Below are positions 17,704-27,395 of a stretch of 52,450 nt of DNA, in pieces. The notes beneath the pieces were generated by a model. It was not told the DNA's origin. It ran no database searches and saw only the letters and a program-made list of their open reading frames with translations. Position 1 is the stretch's first letter. Every line of letters starts with the position of its first letter. Position numbers and translations under genes: made by a program. The DNA is from Armatimonadota bacterium (GTDB lineage Bacteria > Armatimonadota > Fimbriimonadia > Fimbriimonadales > Fimbriimonadaceae), in assembly GCA_031400935.1 (NCBI GenBank), contig JANNQV010000020.1, forward strand, positions 62,001 to 114,450, in the 5' to 3' direction.

Positions 17704-18708
17704 ATGTCAGATTCGTGGATTGTGCTCCGCAACGCCAGAGGCAACAACCTCAAAGGGATTGACATTGCTATTCCTAGAAGTCTTTTCACGTGCGTTACCG
17801 GAGTCAGCGGAAGTGGCAAGTCCACTTTGATTCAAGACACGCTTTTCCCGCGCCTCATGTACGAAGTGTACGGAACGCGCGGAGTTTGGTCGCCGCATGA
17901 TTCCATCGAAGGTGTCGAGGAAATTGACAAAGTCATTGACATTGATCAGTCACCTATCGGGCGGACTCCTCGAAGCAATGCAGCAACCTACATCGGCGTT
18001 TTCGATATGATTCGAGACTTATTTTCGCTGACTCCGGACGCCAAAATGCGAGGATACAAAACCGGACGGTTTAGTTTTAACGTGAAGGGCGGAAGGTGCG
18101 AGCATTGCAAAGGCGACGGAATCATCAAGATCGAGATGGTTTTCCTCCCAGATGTCTACGTCCCTTGCGAAATCTGTAAGGGCAAACGCTACAACCGTGA
18201 GACGCTTGAAGTTCGTTACAAAGGAAAAAACATTTCGGAGATTCTTGGTATGACCGTAGAAGAGGCTGAGGAGTTCTTTCGCCCAATCCCAAAAATCCAC
18301 CGCAAAATTTCAACTCTTCAAGAGGTTGGTTTGGGTTACATCAAACTCGGCCAGCCAGCCACAACGCTTTCGGGAGGTGAAGCGCAAAGGGTGAAACTTT
18401 CGGAAGAACTTTCCAAGAGATCAACTGGCCGCACCATCTACATTCTTGATGAACCGACAACCGGCTTGCATTTCGAAGATGTTGATAAGCTGCTTCAAGT
18501 GCTTCACCGATTGGTTAACCAAGGCAACACCGTTATCATCATTGAGCATAACTTGGATGTGATCAAGACCGCCGATTGGATTATTGACATGGGTCCAGAG
18601 GGGGGAAATGCTGGAGGTGAAATTGTCGCCATGGGCACGCCGGAAGACGTTGCGAAGGTTAAAGGAAGTTGGACGGGCAAGTATTTGAAAGATGTACTAG
18701 TCCATTGA
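17704..18708 (+). CDS. uvrA: Excinuclease ABC subunit A, C-terminal half only (ATPase domain II with zinc finger)
   Basis: NARGNNLK, Walker [71 protein letters not shown]; own ATG. Confidence 0.95.
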   Translation: MSDSWIVLRNARGNNLKGIDIAIPRSLFTCVTGVSGSGKSTLIQDTLFPRLMYEVYGTRGVWSPHDSIEGVEEIDKVIDIDQSPIGRTPRSNAATYIGVFDMIRDLFSLTPDAKMRGYKTGRFSFNVKGGRCEHCKGDGIIKIEMVFLPDVYVPCEICKGKRYNRETLEVRYKGKNISEILGMTVEEAEEFFRPIPKIHRKISTLQEVGLGYIKLGQPATTLSGGEAQRVKLSEELSKRSTGRTIYILDEPTTGLHFEDVDKLLQVLHRLVNQGNTVIIIEHNLDVIKTADWIIDMGPEGGNAGGEIVAMGTPEDVAKVKGSWTGKYLKDVLVH

Positions 18709-18766
18709 TGTTCTGAACAAAGTTCAAATTTTGTGCTGACCTCGCGATCCGATTGTATAATAGTAT

Positions 18767-19387
18767 GTGGCTGACATGAAAACAAAATGTATCACTATTG
18801 CCATGTGCGTTTTGGGCATGGCTGCGATAGTGGAAGCAAAGGTCGCCACCATCAGCCTTGATGAATTAGCCCGAAAGAGCACAATGATCGTGCTTGCTAG
18901 CGTGGAGTCGTTGGAAGTCAAAGCCGGCGTCAGAATCGCACACATCAAGCCAATTCAAACGATTCGGGGCAAAACTAGTGGCCGGATAGCCTTCGTGGCT
19001 GAGCAAACGTGGAAGTGCGACATGAGCACCGCATTGAAAGGTGAGCGTGTCCTCCTCTATCTATCGCCAATTGTTAGTCTTTCCGGAAAAACGATGTACG
19101 GACAAGACCTTTCGAGGGCCAAGGAATCCTGCGAGAATGACGGAACTGAGTTGCTCCAACTCTCTCATAGCGGACGTGGAAGAATCCCACTGCATGAGAC
19201 TGCTGGCCAGTGGTTAGCCACAATCTCGATAGGTGATGGAAGTGGGCCAAGTTTGAACGTCAACCTTTATTTGCCTTGGCCCAAAAGCGCAGGCCCGCAG
19301 CCTTCAGTCAAGAACGGAGTCTCCCTCGTACAACTTATGAAGCGCACAAACTTGGCCATTGATGCATCAAGACCTTCGGGATTGTAA
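18767..19387 (+). CDS. Hypothetical secreted protein
   Basis: Signal peptide then SLDELARKSTMIVLASV..GERVLLYL (OB-fold-like pattern); start GTG 18767 or ATG 18776. Confidence 0.65.
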   Translation: MADMKTKCITIAMCVLGMAAIVEAKVATISLDELARKSTMIVLASVESLEVKAGVRIAHIKPIQTIRGKTSGRIAFVAEQTWKCDMSTALKGERVLLYLSPIVSLSGKTMYGQDLSRAKESCENDGTELLQLSHSGRGRIPLHETAGQWLATISIGDGSGPSLNVNLYLPWPKSAGPQPSVKNGVSLVQLMKRTNLAIDASRPSGL

Positions 19388-19466
19388 GGTGTGTGATCGC
19401 AGAGTCACCTCTGTTTGCTCAGAACGCTAAACCCTACTTTACTTTTCTGCATTACGTTTGCTATAC

Positions 19467-19482
19467 TTAACCAAATGGTTAA
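19467..19482. promoter_or_regulatory. Putative ArsR-family operator overlapping the start codon
   Basis: Perfect palindrome ttaacca-aa-tggttaa directly after TATACT (19462-19467). Confidence 0.65.
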
Positions 19483-19807
19483 TGAACAAAGAATGGACAA
19501 GGTGTTTCAAGCCCTAAGTGACGCGACTCGAAGGCAGATGATTGCCAGAATCGCAGTGGCAGGACTTACGATTGCACAGTTAGCCTCGGCATTTCCAATG
19601 TCTATGCCTGCCGTACTCAAACATGTAACCGTTCTTGAGCAAGCCGGACTCGTTACAACAAAGAAGGTTGGCAGAACGCGCACTTGCCAGCTACGGCGAG
19701 AGGGCCTTGAAGAGGCAGCCGTATGGATGGAACGATATACGAAGCATTGGGAATCGGCGCTTGATCGCCTTCAAGCATTGCTTGAATCAGAAGGAGAAAA
19801 GTCATGA
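19475..19807 (+). CDS. ArsR/SmtB family transcriptional regulator
   Basis: VFQALSDATRR, MSMPAVLKHVTVLEQAGLV, KVGRTR; start moved to ATG 19475 (ATG 19493 also possible). Confidence 0.92.
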   Translation: MVNEQRMDKVFQALSDATRRQMIARIAVAGLTIAQLASAFPMSMPAVLKHVTVLEQAGLVTTKKVGRTRTCQLRREGLEEAAVWMERYTKHWESALDRLQALLESEGEKS

Positions 19808-20241
19808 ACGAACTAACATTTGAGGCGTCTCGTGTGATTCGAGCACCGATTGAAAGAGTTTTTCTAGCCTGGACAGAAGAGTCAATGCTTGAAAAATGGT
19901 TCCCGCCGCAAGATCCAGATTGGAGTTGCAAAATCGAATCAAACCCTGCAGTGGGCGGCAAATACAGATTCGAAATGATTGGACCGGAAGACAGATTTGT
20001 CGTTGTCGGGGAATACACAGAAATCGTGCCAAATCAAAAACTCGTTTTTTCTTGGAAGTGGGAATCCGCTCCAGAGGAAGACGAGCCAACCAATGTGGAA
20101 GTCGTCTTTGCGAACCACCCAAACGGAACAGAAGTTACTTTAACCCATTCTGGCTTTGCCCTTGCAGACGATGCGGGGCAGCACGAAGACGGTTGGGGTA
20201 AGGTGCTAAACCGGTTAGAAACACTTTTTTCGAACATGTAG
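19804..20241 (+). CDS. SRPBCC / AHSA1-like domain protein
   Basis: APIERVFLAWT, VGGKYRFEM, GEYTEIVPNQKLVFSWKW, GTEVTLTH, HEDGW; ATGA overlap with ArsR. Confidence 0.9.
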   Translation: MNELTFEASRVIRAPIERVFLAWTEESMLEKWFPPQDPDWSCKIESNPAVGGKYRFEMIGPEDRFVVVGEYTEIVPNQKLVFSWKWESAPEEDEPTNVEVVFANHPNGTEVTLTHSGFALADDAGQHEDGWGKVLNRLETLFSNM

Positions 20242-20254
20242 CGGAGGACAAAAA

Positions 20255-20743
20255 ATGGAAACAACTATCGACAAAACTTATGCAGCGAACTTGATTACGA
20301 TCACCACTTCGCTGTTCAATTCATCAATGGACTACTTTATGACGAGATGGGAATACATCCCAGATGACAAGTTCAACTGGACGCCAGGGGGCCTTTCAAA
20401 GACACCCATTCAGATCGGGGCCCATATTGCCGTGACAAACGAGTTCTTCGCTCGAGCATTGGCGGGCAATCCACCTGTGCAAGGCGATATTTCAGAGATT
20501 TTCGCTTGGATGGGAAAGGAAGAAGCAAAAATCACAACCACAGAAGAAGCGACCTCCCGACTGAGATCCTCCATCGAGGAATATAACAGCGCAATTCCGA
20601 ATCTGCCTGCAGAAGCGGTCGCTGCCAGTCCAGAGGTGCAATTCTATCTCGGCCTAGCGGCGCGCCATCCAATGGCTCATGGAAGCCAGATTGACGCATA
20701 TCAGCTCATTTGGGGCGATGCGGACTACCACATCGAAATGTAA
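20255..20743 (+). CDS. DinB-like family protein
   Basis: IPDDKFNWTP, IGAHIA, HPMAHGSQI pattern; SD ggagga. Confidence 0.7.
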   Translation: METTIDKTYAANLITITTSLFNSSMDYFMTRWEYIPDDKFNWTPGGLSKTPIQIGAHIAVTNEFFARALAGNPPVQGDISEIFAWMGKEEAKITTTEEATSRLRSSIEEYNSAIPNLPAEAVAASPEVQFYLGLAARHPMAHGSQIDAYQLIWGDADYHIEM

Positions 20744-20757
20744 AGACTCTTATCCTT

Positions 20758-20797
20758 GAAATCGGGGCCAATTCCAAAATGGATTGGCCCTCGATTC
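20758..20797. terminator. Hairpin after the ArsR-SRPBCC-DinB operon
   Basis: aatcggggccaattcc-aaaat-ggattggccctcgatt imperfect stem. Confidence 0.45.
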
Positions 20798-20892
20798 TAT
20801 TGGTACGTCCTTCAGCCAGCTTTTTGATATGGTAACCTCGGCAAAATCGAGTGGGAGAATCTAAAGTGCTCATTAAGTTCAGAAATTCAGCA

Positions 20893-21945
20893 ATGAAAAG
20901 CTTATTCGTAAGCCTGTCCGTTGTAGCTCTTGCTATCACTGTAGGAGCAACCCAGACGGGCCAAAGGCCAAACTCTTCGCAGCCAAAAACGCAAGCAGGA
21001 GCGGTGCAGATGCCTGGCGACAATGGCAAAGTTGGCGTTCCCTATCAGCTTGGAAAGAAGGGCGAGGAATTAGTTTTCACACTTGAAAAAGCGGAATTTG
21101 CAAGCAGATTCGTTCTATCTGACACAATGGGACTTCCCGATTCCGGTAAGAGGCTGCTCATTCTTACTATGGCAGTTCAGAATCCCGGAACTGCTGATCG
21201 TTTCTTTTTCAACCAATCCTTTTCTTTCACTGTTGTGTCGCCTGATGACGAGAATTACGTTTGCGATGGCGGCTCAGGAAATGGTTGGACAGCTATTCAC
21301 CCTGACCGAAGAGACCGCTTGAGTTTGCAGCTTAAGCCCGCACAAAAGGTCCGTGCGCTTGTTGCAATAGCAATACACCCTAAAGGGCCAGTAAACAAAT
21401 TGATTGTTCAACGAGGAAAAGGAACTCCCGTACTTCGATACGATCTCAAGGAAAAAGTTGCTCCAATGAAAGGCGCCTTCGCGGCGAACGGTGGCCTAGA
21501 CATGTTGCCGATTGGAGCTGCACTTTTGACCCAAAATGTGGATCTCGGCCCATGGGACATCGTTGTAGAAAAGTCAAGTGAAGAGTTGTTGCCTATTGGT
21601 GAATTTGTACCTGGAAAGGGTATGAAGTTCTTGGTGTTTACGGTCACGATCAAGAATGCATCAATGGCCCAATACCCCCTGCATAGAGGACTAATTATAA
21701 CAAAAGTGACTGATATTGACGGAGGAAACCTTCCAGAATCCCAAAATTGGGTGAAGGGATCCACTCCTGAAGCGTTCAGTTTCATGACCGTTGATCCAGG
21801 CGCTCAAGTGAGAGTGAGAATCCTTTATGAAGCGGGACTTCTCACGAAGGCTACGGTATTAACTTTCAAAGATCAGCAATATTCTGGGCTATCTGCGGCA
21901 GTGAAGCTCGAAGAGCCGAAAAAAGATCCGCCACGGTTGCGTTAG
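20893..21945 (+). CDS. Secreted protein with two DUF4352-like Ig-fold repeats
   Basis: Signal peptide from MKSLFV; repeats PDSGKRLLILTMAVQN..LKPAQKVR and PGKGMKFLVFTVTIKN..VDPGAQVR. Confidence 0.6.
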   Translation: MKSLFVSLSVVALAITVGATQTGQRPNSSQPKTQAGAVQMPGDNGKVGVPYQLGKKGEELVFTLEKAEFASRFVLSDTMGLPDSGKRLLILTMAVQNPGTADRFFFNQSFSFTVVSPDDENYVCDGGSGNGWTAIHPDRRDRLSLQLKPAQKVRALVAIAIHPKGPVNKLIVQRGKGTPVLRYDLKEKVAPMKGAFAANGGLDMLPIGAALLTQNVDLGPWDIVVEKSSEELLPIGEFVPGKGMKFLVFTVTIKNASMAQYPLHRGLIITKVTDIDGGNLPESQNWVKGSTPEAFSFMTVDPGAQVRVRILYEAGLLTKATVLTFKDQQYSGLSAAVKLEEPKKDPPRLR

Positions 21946-21951
21946 GAATAT

Positions 21952-24147
21952 CTACTTTTTGTTCACAAGTTTGCGGATGACGCTATATGAAACGATTCCG
22001 GTACCGGCGTATTCGCCATTACGCCACATGTGCGTGAAGGGTACAGTGCCCGACCATAGCTTGTATTCCTTTTGACTTACTGTGTTTTGAATCGGAACGA
22101 CAAGAGTTCCGTGCTCGGAAAACTGAGGGTCTATTTTGATTCCGTCCAATAGCGAACCCGAATATGGCGTCTCGACTCTTCTACCATCAGAACCAGACTT
22201 AATAGTTGTTCCTTTGATCGGCACATTCGCCGCAATCCAAACCTTTTTCTGATCCTCTCGAAGCGCCACCATGAGCGAGCCATTCCCTATAGCTGTTCCA
22301 TTAGAAAGGACGTCGCTGCGAAACGGCTCTGAGTTCACACCATCGGTGACCGTACTATTCCACACCCTAAACGACCCACCACACCCCCCATCTTTACCTC
22401 GGCTGACAAAATAATCATGAACATGGCTCGAAACAGTTCCATTCTTCTCTGAAATGAATAGTAGTCTTTTGGAGGCATCAAGCATGGCATCGTAACTTAT
22501 CCTTGATTGCCTTTTCGTTGGTGAATCTGGAATCGAGTTCCAATCAATTGTCGGAGGAGGTTCCAAAGTTTGGTCTGACATAAAAATGTCGGTAAGCCCA
22601 ATTCCCCGATCAATTCCTTCAGCCATCATACCTTCGGGAAATGATTGGGTCCTTCGTCCTTGAACCCGAATCGAAACAGATGCCGTATTTCGAACTACCC
22701 ACCAGTCTTTCACCAAGAGTTGATGAATCTCCGTGCCAAAGATCTTCATTCGAAATATGCATTCACTAATGAATGTCAGGATGCCAAGCGGACCAGAAGC
22801 TACAGTGGCAGTTGCGTCTACTAGATCCTGAAGGATATCTGTTGCTTTCACTTGGGGAGTGACGGCGATGCGAACCCTCTTCATGTGAGGAATAAGTACT
22901 GGCTCACGAGCAATGCTCACCTGTCTTCCTTTGCCTAACACTGCGACCTTTGCAATGCCAGTTTTTTCATCTGTTACGACCCTAAACGAAGCCATATTAT
23001 TGAAAGTCACGATGTCTTCCGAGTCATAGCTGTTGCCAGGACCCATCTTCCACTCGGTCTCGACGGATTTGAGTGTTTCGCTCCGCGGACTATCAACGTC
23101 CACACCGAGCAACAGAAATGTAAAGCGATTGTCCTTTAAGTAGTTGCTAAGACTAGTCGTGTCAATCTTGAACTTGGCAATAAGGTTTGCTGTGCCCCCG
23201 CTTGTACGGTCTAGGGTTCGGATTAAGGGTTCGTCTGGGCTCGAAACATCACCCGTCAAGCTCATATAAATGCCTGAAACTTTTGCTATCATAAGAGCAA
23301 CACCTGCAATCTTCATCGCGTTGTCCATCAATTCGATGAGAGCTTGCTGCGTGAAATTACGAGTGTTAATCGCGGCTTCCAACGCCTTTTCGAGCAATTT
23401 TCCTTGGCCGAACTGCTCGGCGACAACAACAGCATCCTCCGCCCAGCCCGGAAGAAGATTTTGCTGACGATTCAGTTCAATCGAAGCGAAAAGAACCCGA
23501 TTCGCTCCTTTCTTTTGAAATTTTGCTGCCGTAGCACGCATTTCTTCGCTTCCGCACCTAAGTAAAACGAGCAATTGAATCGGATCAAGCGTTGGATTCT
23601 CATTAAAAGCAAACCGCCGGCTCTGATCTTCGAATTTTTTCGACCCTTCAATAGCAAGTCCATTTAGAAAACCAGATAACAATTCTTGCGACGCATTATC
23701 GGTAACGTTTCCGTAGGTAATCGCCTCCAACATTCTTGGCCCGCAGGACTCTTCGACACCGCACTTTTGAAGCAAGTAGTCAAACATCGAGACCAAGTCC
23801 GAGAATTTGATTCGCATGCCATTTCGGAACATGGTTGAATAGGCATTTAGCTCTGTATTTGTGATTGCAAGGCCTAACCTTGGCGCGCCGAGCGGTTCAG
23901 CCACTGGTTTGCGCTGCTCTGTCCAGATTACAAAACCGCATAACCGCATCGCTTCAGTGGCCAAAGCTTCCGTGTCATTCTTTGGGTCTTGAATGAGAAC
24001 GGAAATGTCTTGCAGCCGTCCGCCACGCGCGATGATTGCCTTTTCATCCGGCGTTGATTCCTGATTCGTTGAAGTCGTCGCGACGATTGATCCGCCAAGT
24101 GCGACGATGGCTATCAGAATGGAAATGGAAGCTGCACCCCTATTCAT
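21952..24147 (-). CDS. Large hypothetical exported protein
   Basis: 731-aa ORF with signal peptide; TATACT 6 nt before ATG; no family recognised. Confidence 0.75.
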   Translation of the reverse strand: MNRGAASISILIAIVALGGSIVATTSTNQESTPDEKAIIARGGRLQDISVLIQDPKNDTEALATEAMRLCGFVIWTEQRKPVAEPLGAPRLGLAITNTELNAYSTMFRNGMRIKFSDLVSMFDYLLQKCGVEESCGPRMLEAITYGNVTDNASQELLSGFLNGLAIEGSKKFEDQSRRFAFNENPTLDPIQLLVLLRCGSEEMRATAAKFQKKGANRVLFASIELNRQQNLLPGWAEDAVVVAEQFGQGKLLEKALEAAINTRNFTQQALIELMDNAMKIAGVALMIAKVSGIYMSLTGDVSSPDEPLIRTLDRTSGGTANLIAKFKIDTTSLSNYLKDNRFTFLLLGVDVDSPRSETLKSVETEWKMGPGNSYDSEDIVTFNNMASFRVVTDEKTGIAKVAVLGKGRQVSIAREPVLIPHMKRVRIAVTPQVKATDILQDLVDATATVASGPLGILTFISECIFRMKIFGTEIHQLLVKDWWVVRNTASVSIRVQGRRTQSFPEGMMAEGIDRGIGLTDIFMSDQTLEPPPTIDWNSIPDSPTKRQSRISYDAMLDASKRLLFISEKNGTVSSHVHDYFVSRGKDGGCGGSFRVWNSTVTDGVNSEPFRSDVLSNGTAIGNGSLMVALREDQKKVWIAANVPIKGTTIKSGSDGRRVETPYSGSLLDGIKIDPQFSEHGTLVVPIQNTVSQKEYKLWSGTVPFTHMWRNGEYAGTGIVSYSVIRKLVNKK

Positions 24148-24192
24148 GCACCTAGTATACGAACATGTTGCACAAAATTCAAGACTATCAGA

Positions 24193-25467
24193 TTAAATTG
24201 AAGCGATTTCTAAGAGAGCGTTTGCAATCAAGTCTATTTCATCGTTCGTCGTGAAGATGTTTGGAGAAATCCGTACCGCATCTACTCCCGCACGCACCAT
24301 CGTTGTGAGATGAATACGATGTTTGGACATCAGTTCCTCGGCAACCATGAGGGCACTTTTTCCTTCGATTCCAAGCAAAAGCACGGCTCGGCAGACCGCT
24401 GGATCAAGACTTCCGAAATTCTTGATCTTTGTGTGATTCAGCACCTTTTCTGCGAGCCGCTTTCGAAGTGCCTCGAGCCGTGCCGCTTTTCTTTCCATCC
24501 CGATCATTTCGTGAAAATCTAGAGTTTCTTTGAGGGCTAAGAACGGTGCAGCAGGCCTAGTTCCAATTTGCTCGAACTTTCTCATGGATTGGTCCAAGTC
24601 CTCATCAGCGGGGTGCAACGGCCAGATTTTTCTGATCCATGGCTGCCGGACCACAAAGACACCGGTTCCGATTGGGCCCATAAGCCATTTGTGCAAGCAC
24701 GCGGCATAAATGTCGGCTCCCATGTCGGAGAATTTTTCGGGAAGCAGACCGATTCCATGCGCCGAATCCACAAAGAACGGAATTCCCTTGCCCTTCAAGC
24801 CATCGGCGACCGCTTGGATTGGCATAAGCTGGCCAGAAACGAACGTCATTTGACTCAAGAGAACAAGCTTAGTTGTTGTGGTTACGGCTGCAAGAATGTC
24901 GCTAGCTACCTTTGATTGTCTCTCTGGAGGTGAAGAGATGGGTACCTTCACAAAACTCGTCCCTTCGCGCCGCTTTCGTTGGTGCATCGCTGTGAAAGCT
25001 CGAGGATAATCGTGTGACGTGGTAACGATCTCGTCGCCAGAAGACATCGGTACACCGAGGATTCCAGCTTGAAGGCCGTAAGTGGCATTGATGGTAAGTG
25101 CTAGTTCATCTTCTTTGCACCCAACTAGCGCTGCCATTCGCTTTCGAATCGGGTCAAGTTCATTGTCTTGCCTTCGCCAAATGTAAAACGACGGATCAGA
25201 ATTCGCCCTCTTCGTCTGGAAAGCCATGGCTTCTCGCACTACCTGAGGAGACGGCGATAGCCCCGCGTGATTGAACACGAGTAATTCAGGGTCAATATCG
25301 AACTTCTTGCGAATCTCAAGCCAGAAATCGTCGTCCTCTGGATCAGGTGTTTGATTGCCTAGTCTTTCCAGTAACGAGAGCGTATCGTTTCGAAAACCAA
25401 ACGCTCCCACGCTTCCAGCCAGCATGCTTCGACGACTGATTTTCAACCTGTCTCCCGTTGTAGACAC
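24193..25467 (-). CDS. Class V aminotransferase (isopenicillin N epimerase / cysteine desulfurase-like) with Tat-like signal
   Basis: SRRSML; FNHAGLSPSP, VDSAH, PLP-lysine ACLHKWLMGPIGTG, VRISPNIF. Confidence 0.88.
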   Translation of the reverse strand: MSTTGDRLKISRRSMLAGSVGAFGFRNDTLSLLERLGNQTPDPEDDDFWLEIRKKFDIDPELLVFNHAGLSPSPQVVREAMAFQTKRANSDPSFYIWRRQDNELDPIRKRMAALVGCKEDELALTINATYGLQAGILGVPMSSGDEIVTTSHDYPRAFTAMHQRKRREGTSFVKVPISSPPERQSKVASDILAAVTTTTKLVLLSQMTFVSGQLMPIQAVADGLKGKGIPFFVDSAHGIGLLPEKFSDMGADIYAACLHKWLMGPIGTGVFVVRQPWIRKIWPLHPADEDLDQSMRKFEQIGTRPAAPFLALKETLDFHEMIGMERKAARLEALRKRLAEKVLNHTKIKNFGSLDPAVCRAVLLLGIEGKSALMVAEELMSKHRIHLTTMVRAGVDAVRISPNIFTTNDEIDLIANALLEIASI

Positions 25468-25549
25468 ATGCGGCTATTGTATCGCAAGTCAGTAGCGAGT
25501 CGATTAACCCAAAGGACTCGTTCCGCCTGGAAGCGCTTCTACAAAGCTA

Positions 25550-26260
25550 TTATCCGCCTTTCTTCAACTTGTCCAAATACTGCTTTCTGAATTTTTGAAC
25601 TTTTGGCTCGATGATCGCGGCGCAGTATCCCGAGTTCATTCCTGCTCGTTCTTGCGGAGTTGCCTTCTCATATCGAACAAAATAGTCTTGATGATAGGTT
25701 TCTGCAACTGTATAGTTTGTTAGCGCTTCAATCGTTGTTACGATTGGTCTCGGCCAAATTTTCTTGTCGTTTGATTCCTTGAGAATCTTTTCCGCTAACG
25801 TCCTTTCTTCCGGATTCGAATAGAAAATGGCGCTTCGATATTGGGTTCCACGGTCAGGACCTTGGCTGTTCAAAGTGGTGGGGTCGTGGATCACAAAAAA
25901 CAGCCTCAAAAGCTCTGGCGCACCGATCACTTTTGGGTCATAGAAAATCTTCACGACTTCTGCATGGCCGGAATTGCCGTTACTAACTTCTTGATATGTT
26001 ATGCCTGCCTTTGGTCCGCCAGCATAACCGCTTTCGACATCATAGACTCCCTTAAGGTCTTCAAAAATGGCTTCTATGCACCAAAAACATCCACCAGCCA
26101 CAACAAGAGATTTTGCATCTTTCGGAATCATTTTCACCTTCAAATTCTTCACGTTTTGGGTGCTCCCTTGCATTGGCATTTTGGTTAATCCAGTCACCAA
26201 AAATGCTGTTGCTCCAACAGCCCCCGCAATCAAAAATAATAGTATCGAACTCGTTCGCAT
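25550..26260 (-). CDS. msrA: Peptide-methionine (S)-S-oxide reductase with N-terminal signal/anchor
   Basis: AGGCFWC, SGYAGG, GHAEVV, HDPTTLNSQGPDRGTQYRSAIF, AETYHQDY; SD gaggtg before ATG 26260. Confidence 0.95.
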   Translation of the reverse strand: MRTSSILLFLIAGAVGATAFLVTGLTKMPMQGSTQNVKNLKVKMIPKDAKSLVVAGGCFWCIEAIFEDLKGVYDVESGYAGGPKAGITYQEVSNGNSGHAEVVKIFYDPKVIGAPELLRLFFVIHDPTTLNSQGPDRGTQYRSAIFYSNPEERTLAEKILKESNDKKIWPRPIVTTIEALTNYTVAETYHQDYFVRYEKATPQERAGMNSGYCAAIIEPKVQKFRKQYLDKLKKGG

Positions 26261-26414
26261 GTTCACCTCACGCACGAATGGAAATCCTTGTTCGCATCAT
26301 TCAGTTCCACTTTCATTGTAACACGAGGACTCTTGGCCTATATCCCTTGATACCCCTCGGTTCAATATCGCTGACAAATTCGATGGCGTCTTCCTAGGTA
26401 CCCTCTTCGAACCC

Positions 26415-27395
26415 ATGCGAATCTTGGTCACCGGCGGAGCCGGATATATCGGCAGCGTCGTGACAGAGCAACTTCTCGCATCTGGTCATCAAGTGACCGT
26501 TTTTGATAATCTCAAATCTGGCCACAGAGCTTCAATCCACCCGAATGCGACTCTCGCCGAAGGCGATCTCTTGAATTCGGCTGACATCGACGCAGCGTTC
26601 AAAACAGCCCAACCAGAAGGAATTTGCCATCTTGCAGGCGAAATAGCCGTTGGAGAGTCCATGACTGATCCCGGGCTCCATTTTCAAAACAACCTCGTCG
26701 GGAGCATAAACCTGGCCGATGCAATGGTTCGGCATGAAATCAAAAAAATTGTTTTCTCCTCAACGGCAGCGGTGTACGGCTATCCTGACGAGATCCCGAT
26801 TTCGGAAGACGCACCAAAGCAGCCCGTAAATGTTTACGGCGAAACAAAACTTGCCTTTGAACGTGCCTTGCGCTGGTATGGTGAGATTCATGGAATCCGG
26901 CATATTTCGTTGCGGTATTTCAATGCATGTGGAGCATCCGAGCGGTGCGGAGAGTACCGTGACAAGGAGTCGCACATCATACCGCTTTTGCTTGAAGTCG
27001 CCCTCGGAAAGCGGGGCCATTTTTCGATATTTGGGAGCGATTACCCAACCCCAGATGGCACTTGTGTGAGAGACTATATCCACGTCGAAGACATCGCTCA
27101 GGCCCACATATTGGCTCTTGACGCTTTGAACGAAATTTCGTCAGATGCCTTCAATATTGGAATCGGAACGGGATCATCGAACCGGCAAGTAGTTGAAGCC
27201 GTGCGCAAAGCTTCGGGCCACCCAATTCCTACAAACGAATCCGAAAGGCGCCCTGGTGACCCGCCAACATTGATTGCAACAGCAGAGCGAATTCGAGCAA
27301 CCCTGGGCTGGAAGCCGAATTTCACCGATTTACAATCTATGGTGGATTCGGCTTGGGCTTGGCGCAAGAAACATCCAGAGGGATACTCGAATTGA
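26415..27395 (+). CDS. galE: UDP-glucose 4-epimerase
   Basis: GGAGYIGS, FSSTAAVYG, YGETK, LRYFNACGA, DGTCVRDYIHVED, RRPGDP. Confidence 0.95.
   Translation: MRILVTGGAGYIGSVVTEQLLASGHQVTVFDNLKSGHRASIHPNATLAEGDLLNSADIDAAFKTAQPEGICHLAGEIAVGESMTDPGLHFQNNLVGSINLADAMVRHEIKKIVFSSTAAVYGYPDEIPISEDAPKQPVNVYGETKLAFERALRWYGEIHGIRHISLRYFNACGASERCGEYRDKESHIIPLLLEVALGKRGHFSIFGSDYPTPDGTCVRDYIHVEDIAQAHILALDALNEISSDAFNIGIGTGSSNRQVVEAVRKASGHPIPTNESERRPGDPPTLIATAERIRATLGWKPNFTDLQSMVDSAWAWRKKHPEGYSN

Noticed and set aside
16157..24147. Integrative element or prophage at selC
   Set aside because: No integrase or phage genes, no duplicated tRNA 3' end seen, and the region contains the uvrA C-half
25550..26260. Selenoprotein MsrA or another UGA-recoded gene to go with tRNA-Sec
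   Set aside because: Active site is GCFWC with Cys; I noticed no ORF broken by an in-frame TGA at a catalytic position, though this was not exhaustively computed
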